Origin: Podarcis vaucheri
Taxonomy: Eukaryota
Assembly: GCA_965113315.1 (NCBI GenBank)
Contig: OZ220366.1
Reading direction: 5' to 3' (one strand)
Length of the DNA stretch: 64,000 nucleotides
The notes below the pieces were generated by a model. It saw only the letters and a program-made list of their open reading frames with translations, did not search any database and was not told the origin of the DNA. Position numbers and translations under genes: made by a program. Position 1 is the first letter of the stretch, and every line of letters begins with the position of its first letter. Positions 35,560 through 47,146 of this stretch are shown piece after piece.

Positions 35560-35692
35560 NNNNNNNNNNNNNNNNNNNNNNNNNNNNNNNNNNNNNNNNN
35601 NNNNNNNNNNNNNNNNNNNNNNNNNNNNNNNNNNNNNNNNNNNNNNNNNNNNNNNNNNNNNNNNNNNNNNNNNNNNNNNNNNNNNNNNNNNN
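35560..35692. other. Assembly gap (133 N)
   Basis: Run of N between TFF2 and the four-domain gene. Confidence 1.
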
Positions 35693-35915
35693 ATATCCCT
35701 CTTTATCACTACCCGAAGGAGTCTCAAAGCGGCTAATATTCTCCTTTCCCTTCCTCCCCCACAACAAACACTCTGTGAGGTGAGTGGGGCTGAGAGACTT
35801 CAGAGAAGTGTGACTAGCCCAAGGTCACCCAGCAGCTGCATGTGGAGGAGGGAAGACGCGAACCCGGTTCACCAGATTACAAGTCTACCACTCTTAACCA
35901 CTACACCACACTCTC
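35693..35915 (-). mobile_element. tRNA-derived squamate SINE (Squam3-like)
   Basis: Reverse complement begins GTGTGGTGTAGTGGTTAAGAG (A box) with a GGTTCG B box; the tail runs into the assembly gap. Confidence 0.7.
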
Positions 35916-36935
35916 AGCTTTCAAGCGAGCAGATTCCAGTGGCAGACAGTGTCCGAGAGAACAGTGGGTGGAGTAACAGATGTGAATGCCTCTTACCTTT
36001 GTAGGCTACATTCCAACCCCCCAAATGTCAGAGGGTTCTGTTACTATTTGCATATCTAATGAGGGTAAATTCAAGTTGCCATTCCAATCACCACCAAACC
36101 CAGCACCAAACATGTGTTTGGAAGAAGAGCGTGTAGGAATTTACATGCTCAGTCGCATGTGTACAGCTCACTGCTACATGTGAGGTTGTGTGGATTGATA
36201 TATTAATCCAATGCTAGTGCTAGACAGAATGTCAGTTTTCTGAGAGTTAGAATCCCACTTTCTCTAAGAATACTTTTGTGCCTCTGAACCACCTTATCCT
36301 TGGCTGTTAGCAACACTGGGAGATGTGTGTGGGATCTGCTATCTGACTAAAAATTGGCTCCTGGTCATATAACCCCATGAGAGTTTGCTGGAAGATGATG
36401 CCTAACCTTCGCAGCCCACCATAGGTTGTTGAGGACTCAGCCCACAGATATTTGTATCCTTCCACCACTCCACCACCCCCAGCTTATATTTTTGACAATT
36501 CCATGGTTTCATCTATTTTTTAGCAGTTGTGGAAACAGGGTGTCTGGGGAAGCGATTGCACAACAAACTCCATATATGTCTATTTGATCCTCATTCCAAA
36601 TGTATTAATTTAGTTGCATGAACTGGCTGATGCTGGGCTAATCTTAGTCTCTCGAGCCTCCCACCGATCTGTTATTTATTATTATTATTTCTAGTACATA
36701 TGCTCACATTCTTCCTACTGGAGAAATTAGAACTAGTGTCAGACAACCCAACAAAGATGGACACTGGATATTTTGATAGTTTAATATATTTTAGCATAGC
36801 ATATGAGGACTCCTTCTTGCTATTTATACATATGGGAATGGAAAAGGTGAGACAAAAATGTAGTGCAAGGGAAATCCTGTGGTCCCTTATTCTGCAGAGC
36901 ATCCTCTTCAGCCACCCCAAACAACTTCCAGTTCT

Positions 36936-39807
36936 TCATAGGGAAAAATTCCCTTCCCTCGCCAAAGGTTCAAAGCACCAGGGAACATTTTGGGCATACT
37001 GGTAATGTTCAAAGCAGCATCCTTTCTTCAAGCATTCATCAGCAGAGATGCCAGGGAATCCACAACCCACCCTTTTGTTTGGTGCCATTCCACACATCTT
37101 GGGAGGTCCTTAAAATGAAAAAGAATGAGAAAGAAGAACTTTTGACTCAGAGTTTTTTATTTTTGTGTTGTTTGTTGTTTTTTTTTAAAAAAGTTAATTG
37201 GATTGTGAAGCTGCCCCATAATTCCTCTATGAATGTGTATCAATTTCTGTCTATATTATACTATAGTATTCTCACACAAGCTGATGAGGTTCTGGACCAT
37301 ACAGCTTTACACTGCAGGGGGGGGATTTACTTTATGCTGTGAAAGGCTGAAGACTCCAAAGGGAAGGAAGGAAGGAAGGAAGGAAGGAAGGAAGGAAGGA
37401 AGGAAGGAAGGAAGGAAGGAAGGAAGGATCCCTCTATACATGGATGGGAGAAGCTTTCCTAACTATTAAAGTAGATGCTGATCTACTTTAATAGCCAGGA
37501 AAGCTTCTGCACCCTGCAATGTAAATTTGTTCTTCTGCCTATTTCCTCCCAGTATTATTGGATATGTCTGAGTTCTAGAATGCATAAGATCCTGATACGT
37601 TTTGAAGTAAAGGAAGAAGATACATTCAAATGAAAAATAAATGGGAAAGGCTTTTGATATAAAATACTCTGCAAACCTATTGGATCTTTAGTTTACTTCA
37701 ATGTATTTCTACAATCATAAGTTGTTGTTTTTACAAGATGTGCTATCAGGGCCAGCACTAGGATTTATTTATTTTTTTTGGGGGGGGGGACAGAGCTTTG
37801 GCCAGGTGCCCTTCAGTTAGCTCCTCTTACCATCACTCTGATACTCTCCCAAGCTTACCAGGAAACCGATGACAGTGGGTGTGGGTGGTTGGCAATAGCG
37901 GTGGGCCATGATGCTGAAAGCAGGGCAGCTCTACCTTTCTGGCTCCTCCTCAGACCAGAGTTGTTAAGACAAGTACTAGATGAGAGAGTGGCAGCTGCTG
38001 TCGTCTTCATCATTCCCAATGCCTCTGGGACTCACCCCGCTGTTTCTGTGATGGGGTGGGGCCCAGAGGCATTAAGGTGAATGAAGATGGCACCTGACCA
38101 GCACATCTCTTCACAGTGCTTGTCCAAAAATATATATATATTTTACAAATAAAAGAATTGAAGCTGGAGTCAGCTGACACTGGGGCTGGAGACATGCTGT
38201 CATATCCTATACACACAGAATTGAAGTGGTGGGGAGAAAAATGGGCAACTAAAAAAAATTAAAATGGCACAAGACTATAGTTGCAGTCCAGTATCCTTGG
38301 AAACAGTTCCAGTAGCAACCAGACAATGCCTGTGCTAACACTGACTTGCCAAATACAATCAGAATATTCAAAATACAGAGGGCAAAATCCTCATAATTCC
38401 ATTACTTTTATTTCTGGAAAATATGGATTTTGCAATAAAAATGTGATATCTCAACAATAAGTAAATGCAATATTATAGTCCATCCAATATTTTTGTATTC
38501 TCATTCCAGGACAGAATCTCTATGGACATGGATCAAGATGCTATCCCTACACTGCTCTCTGTAGGCATACTTCATCCCTCTCTATTTCAGACACATCTGT
38601 TGTCACAAGCAAGTTGCTGCTCTGTTACCTGTTACGGATGTTGGGTAAAAACACCATCGAGTACTAACAACATATGAATTGAAACAGCATCCTCTTCCCT
38701 GGCATTCCTCGGCTGTGATGCCTGGGTATCCACAGTCTTCCCTTGCGCTCATGTCCATTACACAATGCTGGGAAACTGTTCAGAAGAATGAATCATGTTA
38801 CTGCCAGCCTTCTGTTACTTCTATAGATGTGCCTTTCATGTATTTATCTGTTTGGTTATTTTAACCATAGAATACACAACCCATTAAAAGACTTGTTATG
38901 GACCATGACTTAGGCAGAAACAATTAACTGGTCAAAGGGTTGGGCCCAATCCTATTTTCTCACTATCATGTGGATAGGAGTCCTCTTCTACATTGGGCTG
39001 GAATTTGGAGGAGGCAGAAAAAACACTTCTGTCCACCAGTGTTCGGAACAGAGATAAAACTGTAGAGTTGGAAGACACCACAAAGGTCATCTAGTCCAAA
39101 CCCTTGCAATGCAGGAATCCTTTCCCCAACATGGGGCTTGAACGGATGATCCTGAGATTAAGAGTCTCATGCTCTACTGACGGAGCTATCCTCAGCCAGT
39201 GAGGCTTACTGTTGCCTGCCTTGTGCTCTTTGGGGAAGAAACAGACTGTGGAACAGGAACTCTCCTTTTCCATTAACCAGTCCTCAATAGGTGCATGCCC
39301 TGGTTATCTCTTGCTTGGATACATGTGACTACTTTTGAAGGTGACTTGGAAACTACAACTAATCCAGAATGTGACAGCTAGACTGGTGACTGTGAGTGGC
39401 CACCAGGACCATATAACACTGGTCCTAAAGGATCTTCACTGGCTTCCAGTACGTTTCCAAGCACAATTCAAAATGTTGGTGCTGATCTTTAAAACCCAAA
39501 ACGGCCTTGGCCCAGTATACCTGAAGGAGCCTCTCCATCCCCATTATTCAGCCCAGACACTGAGGTCCTCCATCAAGGGTCTTCTGGTGGCTCCCTCACT
39601 GTGAGAAGTGAAATTACAGGGAACCAGGCAGAGGGCCTTTTTAGTAGTGGTGCCCTCCCTGTGGAACGCCCTCCCTTCATATGTCAAGGAAATAAAGAAC
39701 TACATAACTTTTAGAAGACATCTGAAGACAGCCCTGTATCAGGAAGGGTTTTTTATGTTTGATATTTTACTATGTTTTACATGTGCTGTAAGCCACCCAG
39801 GGTAGGG

Positions 39808-39858
<51 letters not shown>

Positions 39859-41669
39859 TTTGTAACAAAACTATTGATTGTTTACATGACATCAGGTTAC
39901 ATAAGAACCTAAAGGAACATGATTGTGAATGGGCTTATATTTCCCCTCTTGAATTTGGAGAACATTAACACAAAGTCATTACCCTCATTCACTGGGGGAT
40001 AGAAGCACATTGATGTGTCAGAAGCCTTTCGGTCAAAACAGCATCCAATCCTTTTGCACCTCTTGCGCGTGATCCCTTGATAGCCACAGTCCACTCTTGC
40101 TTGCGGTTCAATCATACTCTTTGCATATCGGAGTGAAGCTATTGGAAACCATATGCCATGTTTTAGGCAGCTTGTAATGTTGCTTTCAGCCTAGGTTGAG
40201 AAATAACTCCTTGTTGGCTTAAATGAAGCTCATCAAAACCAAAATCCAAGGACCTAAATCAAGGTCCTGGAGCTTAGACCCCACCCCCTGGCACAGAGTC
40301 CAAACAGCCGAAGGACTGCCTCTTCCCACTGCAGCCTGTCCCATGTGTTAAGATGCAAAGCCCTGCTCCAAGTGCATTCTTTATTTGAAGTGTGCTGTAA
40401 AATGGCACAGGAGACCAGGTGCTCTGTGGTGGCAACCAGGCTCTGAAATGCCTCCCCCAGGGAGCATGATGAGCACATCTTTAGTTATTTTAGCTATTCC
40501 ATTTCTTGCCTGCCCTTCACTAAATTCATGAATCCAGAGTGAGTAACTGGAGGAATTGTTTACAAAATTTGGACGGCTGCATGTTGGTTCTCATATCATT
40601 TCAGAAAGTGTGGATTAGGTCATGTGAAACGAATCTAATTTCTACCCTGTCCCTAGCTACTTCCCATTCCTCCCCCAAACCTTTCGTGTATCATTTACCT
40701 CTTTCTCCAGAAGGTTTGAAGCACCATGGGACTTCAGGCACAGTTGCATCAAAGCAGCAGCCCTTTTCTGTGCATTGCTCTGCAGTGATGCCTGCAGAAG
40801 TGGAATCACACCTCTTTCTAGCCTGGACATCCATCAGACATTGGCATGCATCTGTTTGGAAGGAATTGCTATATTTGGAGCAACCATATTCACCACTCCA
40901 TTGTAAAGTAACCAAATGTGGGGTGGACAGTTGGTGTGTCACGTTGTGAGCTGGGTTTACAGAAAATAAATCACGTGGTCCCTTAATACTTTGCATTTCT
41001 TCATGGATTCAAAATATCTCAACCAATTCACAAGGCTCCTATCTCCTATTGTGAAGAGTCCATCTGGCTGTAACTGGATGAGCTTTAATGTGAGAGTTTG
41101 GGATAAGCAAACGCAGCCTATAAGTAACAGGAGCTTAACATTACAACAAGCAAGAAGTCTGCTGCACATCCATCAGATACCTGCCTCACAGGGGCTGGTA
41201 CAGTCTCCTTGTCTTTGGTGCCAACATTATCATTTTATACAAACCAATGTTTGGTCAGCAAGTGTGGGTTGTCTTCTGTTCTCTTTGTCAACAGTGATGG
41301 CGACAGTGGTTGGGTGGGTGTCTATAGGACATGGCACTGTAACATGGGTTTATGAAGCTATAATAAGAATGCCTAAAGCAATTTATGGGCTACAACAGCA
41401 GCACTAAAGGTTATCCTCAGTTGACCTCACATAGAGAAAATAATAATTTCTTCTATGGGGATTATTTTTAGTAACAATTTATAGATGACTGCGTTTGCCT
41501 GTTGTTTCTGAATAGATTTGCTGTTCGGCATTAACTCGGCTTCTTTTGTTTATTAAGAAACAAATATTATATGCAATATATACTTACATGGTGGATGTCT
41601 TCTATTTTGGGAACATACAGATCCTAAGCACAGGACAGCAACCAATAATAACCATTGCTTGCATTCCAT
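36936..41669 (-). CDS. Four-trefoil-domain secreted protein, TFF2-like (236 aa, 5 exons)
   Basis: Exons 41669-41588 (signal MECKQWLLLVAVLCLGSVCS-QNRRHPP), 40851-40699 (YACQCLMDVQARKRC...WCFKPSGER), 40138-39983 (ASLRYAKSMIEPQARVDC...MCFYPPVNE), 38775-38629 (VSQHCVMDMSAREDC...WCFYPTSVT) and 37108-36936 (GPPKMCGMAPNKRVGC...WCFEPLAREGNFSL*). All phase 1 GT-AG, 711 nt open; AATAAA at 36675-36680; TATAAA at 41742-41747. Confidence 0.85.
39290..39858 (+). mobile_element. L2 LINE 3' fragment with (AAT)n tail
   Basis: LQLIQNVTARL...HITLVLKDLHWLPV remnant typical of the L2 ORF2 C-terminus. Confidence 0.8.
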
Positions 41670-43139
41670 TGCTATATCCACCTTGTTCACTTTAATACTT
41701 TCCAAGAAAACTGATCTGAAATAACATATGTTTACATTACATTTATATCCCTAAATTAAAATAATACAAATACTTAAGCTGGTTCATTTCTTCCCAAAAT
41801 TTATCGGTGAAAAAATGCTGTTCAATGGCAGATTCACGGTCCACAGGGTCCTGTGCTCAGTCCTTTTGGGAGGATCCTGTTTGTTCACTTAAATAAACAA
41901 GACTATGTCCAAAGTTATGATGGAGCTAAATGCATAATAATTGTCAATTAATCTGTCATAACCTACATTTTGTAATGCAGACCTTTCGATCGCTAAAATG
42001 GCTGAGCTCATTCAGTGATCTTGAGTTATAGTCGAACGTTAGTAATGGACTCTTTTAAGGGTGTTGAACAATCTTTCACCAGTCACACTTGATATGGGTG
42101 AGGTTTAAAAATATTAATCGTCTCTACATTTGGGAATGTGGTACTCAAACCAACAACAGGCTTGTAAAGTGCAGTGGGAGACTCTGATGATATGAAGTCC
42201 TCACTGTGACAAAATGCAGGAAGAATTGCAATTTAATTTATCTTTTATTTTTATTTATAAAACAAAACAGGATTAGTTTCTTGAAAAGTGTGGATTAGGT
42301 CATATTCTACCCGATCAAAGCATGACACAGCCTACAGAGCTCAAACAAAGCAGGGGCAGATGTGATTTAGAATTATGAGCCTCAGAAATAAATGGTATGA
42401 GCATACACAGAGTGAACCTGTCTAGCCAATGAGGAATCTCTGTTTGCATTCATTAAATTCCACAACCCTAACAAAGGCCTGAAATAAAAACTCTTTGGGT
42501 TGTATTCAGTGCTAATCCTACTCTGAGTAGACCTGTTGAAATTAGTGAGCCTGACTAACTTAGGTCCATTAGTTTTAATGGGTTTACTCAGAGAAGAACT
42601 GGCATTTGATTACATCCCTTCATTACCAGTCAGCCACATGATACATGGAATCATTGCTTCTCCTTTACCAAAGTGGCAAGAAAAACAAGAAGCAAGTAAC
42701 CCCAGCACCAAAAGATAGTAAGGATCGGGCAGGATTCGATCAATGAGTCACACCAATGGAAGCTTGCATAGGGACTTCTGCCAGTGCCTTAAGGTTTTCC
42801 TCCTCTCTCCACTCCATGGGCGTCCTCCACACATCACAAATTGGCTCTGGGGGGGTCAAGAGAAACCTTGGAACAGCAGGCAGGAGAAGGCAAATGATTG
42901 TGTTGTTGGACTGATCTGCTCAGTGCTACACTGAATTCCTCCCACTGTGACATAAAGGAAATCAAGGCCGTGCTCTGCGTGTTCCACTTCACCAGAGCTT
43001 AGAGCAATTCCAGTCCAGGTTGTGCAAAAAGATTACAAGCCACACAACATCCATTGCTGGCCAGGCCTCGTACTGTGGGGCACTTAGTCTAAATGCTAAT
43101 GCTAATCCTTTTTTCTTCTCTTTTCTGTTCCTCTAGGAT

Positions 43140-43582
43140 CAGGGACGGATTTAGGTTTGATGAGACCCTAAGCTACTGAAGGTAATGGGGCCCTTTATAT
43201 GTCCAGCTGTCCTTTGTCAACAACAAATTGTCTCTGTTTTGTGTGTGGAATATATGCTCTATGGTAATTTATGGACCTAATAGGTATCTAAAGCCATTTG
43301 CACATAACAAAATATGTATTTTATAAAAGCAATTGATATAGAAATGAGCAAACCAGTGATATTTTAGGGAGCAGGCTAGCAGGCGGGGCCCATTACTTAC
43401 ATCACAGGAGCCTACACAACACACAACACTGTTGCTGTATGTAGGTTTTATTTTATTTGTTTTTTATCTTATATTTTGGAAATGTACATCCAGGTTTTTT
43501 TTCTTTAGTTTTTTGGGGGGGCTCCTAAGAGAGTGGGGCCCAAAGCTATAGCTTGTTTAGTATATACATAAATCCGGCACTG
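43140..43582. mobile_element. hAT-like MITE
   Basis: Imperfect TIRs CAGGGACGGATTTA / TAAATCCGGCACTG; degenerate 8-bp TSD TCTAGGAT / ACTAGGAC. Confidence 0.6.
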
Positions 43583-44357
43583 ACTAGGACAACAATCTTC
43601 TAAAATATCTGTTTTAGGGGATAAGCTCCCCATGCTTTAAGTAAACTATATAAAATGATAAGACTGCTGAGTTATATAGTTGCAGTCAATAATTGTTTAA
43701 CACTTGCCACAAATGTTTCTGCCAGAAATTAGAACAGTATTGACTACAACAATATAGCGCAGTGTTTTTTTAAACACAGCCAACATGATAAAAGAAAAAT
43801 TTCCTGATCCAGAGTATTCTGAGTAATTCATGCTGGATTGGGTCCCTGTGACATCCCTTTGAATCATAGAATCACATGTGGAAATTGAAAAGAAAAAAAA
43901 GTTGCTGTATAAAGTGCTTCAAAAAGCCAGTCATGGCCTTTTCCATTCCATCCCCCCAACTTCTATGTCCCTGCCAACAGACACTTTGCATTCTGTGGCC
44001 ACTGAACATGTTGAGTCCACATCGGTCCAAGACTTTTTGTACTTTCTTGCTTTTTTGTACTTCTGCTGATGCCTCCTCCTTGTGTGTGGAATAATGTCAT
44101 ATTGTCTACCTAAGGATCACCACCTGGAGGATGAGTTTGCTGTAGTGTTGCCATCTATTTGGTGAATATATGTGTACATGCCTCACATCTAAGTGCACAG
44201 ATCTGTGGAATGGGACTATGAACAATGATAACACTCCAGATCTTGCTCTTGAGAGTCAAAAAAAATTAACCTAAAGATATTATTTCCAAAATAGTATAAA
44301 AAGTTTTTTGAGGCATACATTTTAAGCATCCTTTGAAAAAATATGGCAATGATTTAC

Positions 44358-44804
44358 TGTTAGGGTTCCAAGGAGTTGCTCAAGAGCACGCAGGCAAATG
44401 CCTCCCTGCTTGGCTGTGAAGCCTTGCTTTTGATGCCAAAATTAACTTTATCTGTCCAGAGCGCCACTCTCCCGTGGCTGGCTCATTCACTGGCAGAATC
44501 TGTGAGTGGGCGGTCCTTAAACCTTCCCCAGCAAAGCAGTTTCTTGACGCCCAGTCTGCGCCGGCGCGAAAGCTTACTGCGCAAGGAGGGCGTGGGTAAC
44601 GGAGGACCTCTCTCCTTCCCGCTTTGCCCAGGCAAGGTGTCCTGGCACCGCCTCGCCTCCTCCGAGCCCTGAAGCTCCTCTCCGCTGGAGGCGTGGTTAC
44701 TCTCCTCCGCTGAAGAGGAGCTGCTTCCCACAATCTTTGGGGGCTCTCTGTAATCCATCCGGCTTTTCCCCTCTCCCCCCTGAGCCGATGGCAGTTCCCT
44801 GACA
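44358..44804 (-). mobile_element. Solo LTR of the same family as 18235-18710
   Basis: Reverse complement begins TGTCAGGGAACTGCCATCGGCTCAG, like the first copy; TG...CA ends; 5-bp TSD TTTAC at 44353-44357 and 44805-44809. Confidence 0.85.
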
Positions 44805-45485
44805 TTTACATAAAGTAATGTACAAAGTAAAAGAAATACGTAGAAATTTTGGCTTACTTGAAATGGTGAGAAGCTAGACATAAGTGGCTTGATTCTGGTG
44901 CTGCTAGACCTAGATGTTAGATAACAGAAAATTTCCTGTCTTCTTCAGTCCCAAGGATTATTCTTTGAATAATCGCTTTTAGTTTGCAGATCAGCATCTA
45001 ATAGCCGTGATGTCACACCATGTCTGAACTGAGCATATAAGCTTCATTTTTTAAAAGGACAAAGGACAAAGGGCTTTTTTATATGTGATAGTTCAGGCTT
45101 TGGGCAGAAGGCCAAGCTTCCCAAATATTTATCTGCTGTTCAGCTAGTTTACTGTCCAAGACCAGATCCTATGAGGAATCCGATCCAGAGGAACAATCAG
45201 TACCCAGATATGTCATGACCTCTGGAGCTGTACTGGCATCCAGAGTCCGCCCAGGAGGAAGGGCTCTGTTTGGGAGGCAATAAACAGTTGTTGCCAGGCA
45301 GATAATCATTTGGGCAGAGAACATAAGGCAAGGCACGTATCAAATTCACTGCTTCCCAGAAGATACTTCATGCAGTGTTACAGGCAACTTAATTGTTTTC
45401 AGTGCCGCATTTATGTATAGGTTAAGTAGGCTGAAGCCTAGGGCCTCTATATCTAGGGGGGCTCGCCAGCCAGCCCGCTCCACAG

Positions 45486-45680
45486 TGGGCAGTCTCCCCT
45501 CTCCCAAAATTGCAAACTGAAGACTTCATGCAAGGGCAGTCTGCCCTCTCCAAAAATTGCAAACTGAAGACTTCATGCAAGGGCAGGACAACTTGGCCTC
45601 TAAATCTAGGGGGCTTGCCCGCTCCATAGTCTCTCCTTTCCCAAAATTGCAAACCCAAGACTTCTGGCATGGGCAGAGCA
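45486..45680. repeat. Short minisatellite (~47-bp unit, 2-3 copies)
   Basis: Repeated GGGCAGTCT...CAAAATTGCAAACTGAAGACTTCATGCAA. Confidence 0.7.
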
Positions 45681-47146
45681 ACTCAGGCCCTTTTGGGTTT
45701 TTTTAAGAATAACGTTACAAATTCATTTTCCTAAAAAAAAATAATGCTTATTCCACATAAGGTTTACAAAGTTCAGTTATTGCGTCTCTTCATCTAAATC
45801 CAGCCCTCATTGTTTTTGTTGGGAACCTTTGAAAATGGAACTGCAGCCGACATCCATTGCAGCAAGATTGACTTGTCCTGCTGCTTCTGCATGGTCTGTT
45901 ATGGTATGGCAGCACAAGCCACTCTACACTTCCATCACAAGATTAGGATGCATTTTTCTGTAGGTGATAATTTTGTATGGAGATACCAGACCAGATGCAA
46001 CAAAACAACATATAGCATTACCTTTGGGCTAATGCTCCCTTACACTAGTATAGCCTACAAACCAGAGATGAGAAATCTGTGGTCTTTCATATATTGATGG
46101 TCTACAACTCACATAATCCCCGATTGTTGGGAATTAGAGTCCAGCAACATTGGGGAAAGCCACAAATTGCCCATCTGTGCTATAAATGGTGGCTGAGCTC
46201 AATAAAATGTGCAAAGATGGGGATGAATGCACAACAGAGATACAGTTCATCCCTTATACAGCCAAGACTCCCTGGAATAAACCTTACTCTCCAGCCATTG
46301 TCACATGGAATGATCGTAAACTCAGGGAAAACATAAAAGTAATTGGTGTGCATTTCTTTTTCTCTGGCCCACTGCCCCATTTGACTGCATTCTTTTTGAA
46401 AGTTGAGGCAATCGCCGTCTCGTGTCCTTAACAACATCACTTCACACACCCCTCCCCTCCTTCCCTCCCATCTCTGGGATAGCCTTCATGGTTAAAGAGT
46501 AATTTACTGATTTGTTTTCTTTTTCTGAGAAAGCTTTGGTGCTTTCTCTGTTTCCCCATGTGGTATATTATGATGGCATTCTGCCCTTCAGACTCGCACC
46601 CAAAGTTGTTCATGCTGTGCACCTGATTATTTTGGTAAACACTGAGTAGCCAGTTTTCTGAGCCAGTGCTATCAAACAGCAGCCTATCCTCTGGCAGAAC
46701 AGAGCAAGGGCCACAGCAGGAAATGATTTCCCTACCCTAGAAAAACAGCTCTTCTAGCACATTTGATCTAAATTCTCCACAACTGTGCATTGGAAAGGCT
46801 TATTTCTTCAATATAGAGAAGTACTTGGCAGGCATGTATAGATATGAGGGTGGGTGCCTCTTACTAAATCTCTGAATTTGAAAGAAAGAGAAGGAAAGCA
46901 GAAATTAAGGACGCAACACACTTTTGCTTTGATTTATTGCTTCAGGAAGGAGCAAAGGGCTGAACAGTAGGGGGGAAGAATCAGAAGAAGTAATCTACAG
47001 CATGGTTTAAGTGGTTCAATTAGTCTCAGAATTCTGCAGGATCTCAGTTGCCAACATTGTCAAGAAACGGGTCCATGATGATGAAGTGCCTTGTGCACAG
47101 CTTCTTCATGTAGAGAAGTGGTTCCTACTATCACTGAATCCATTCC

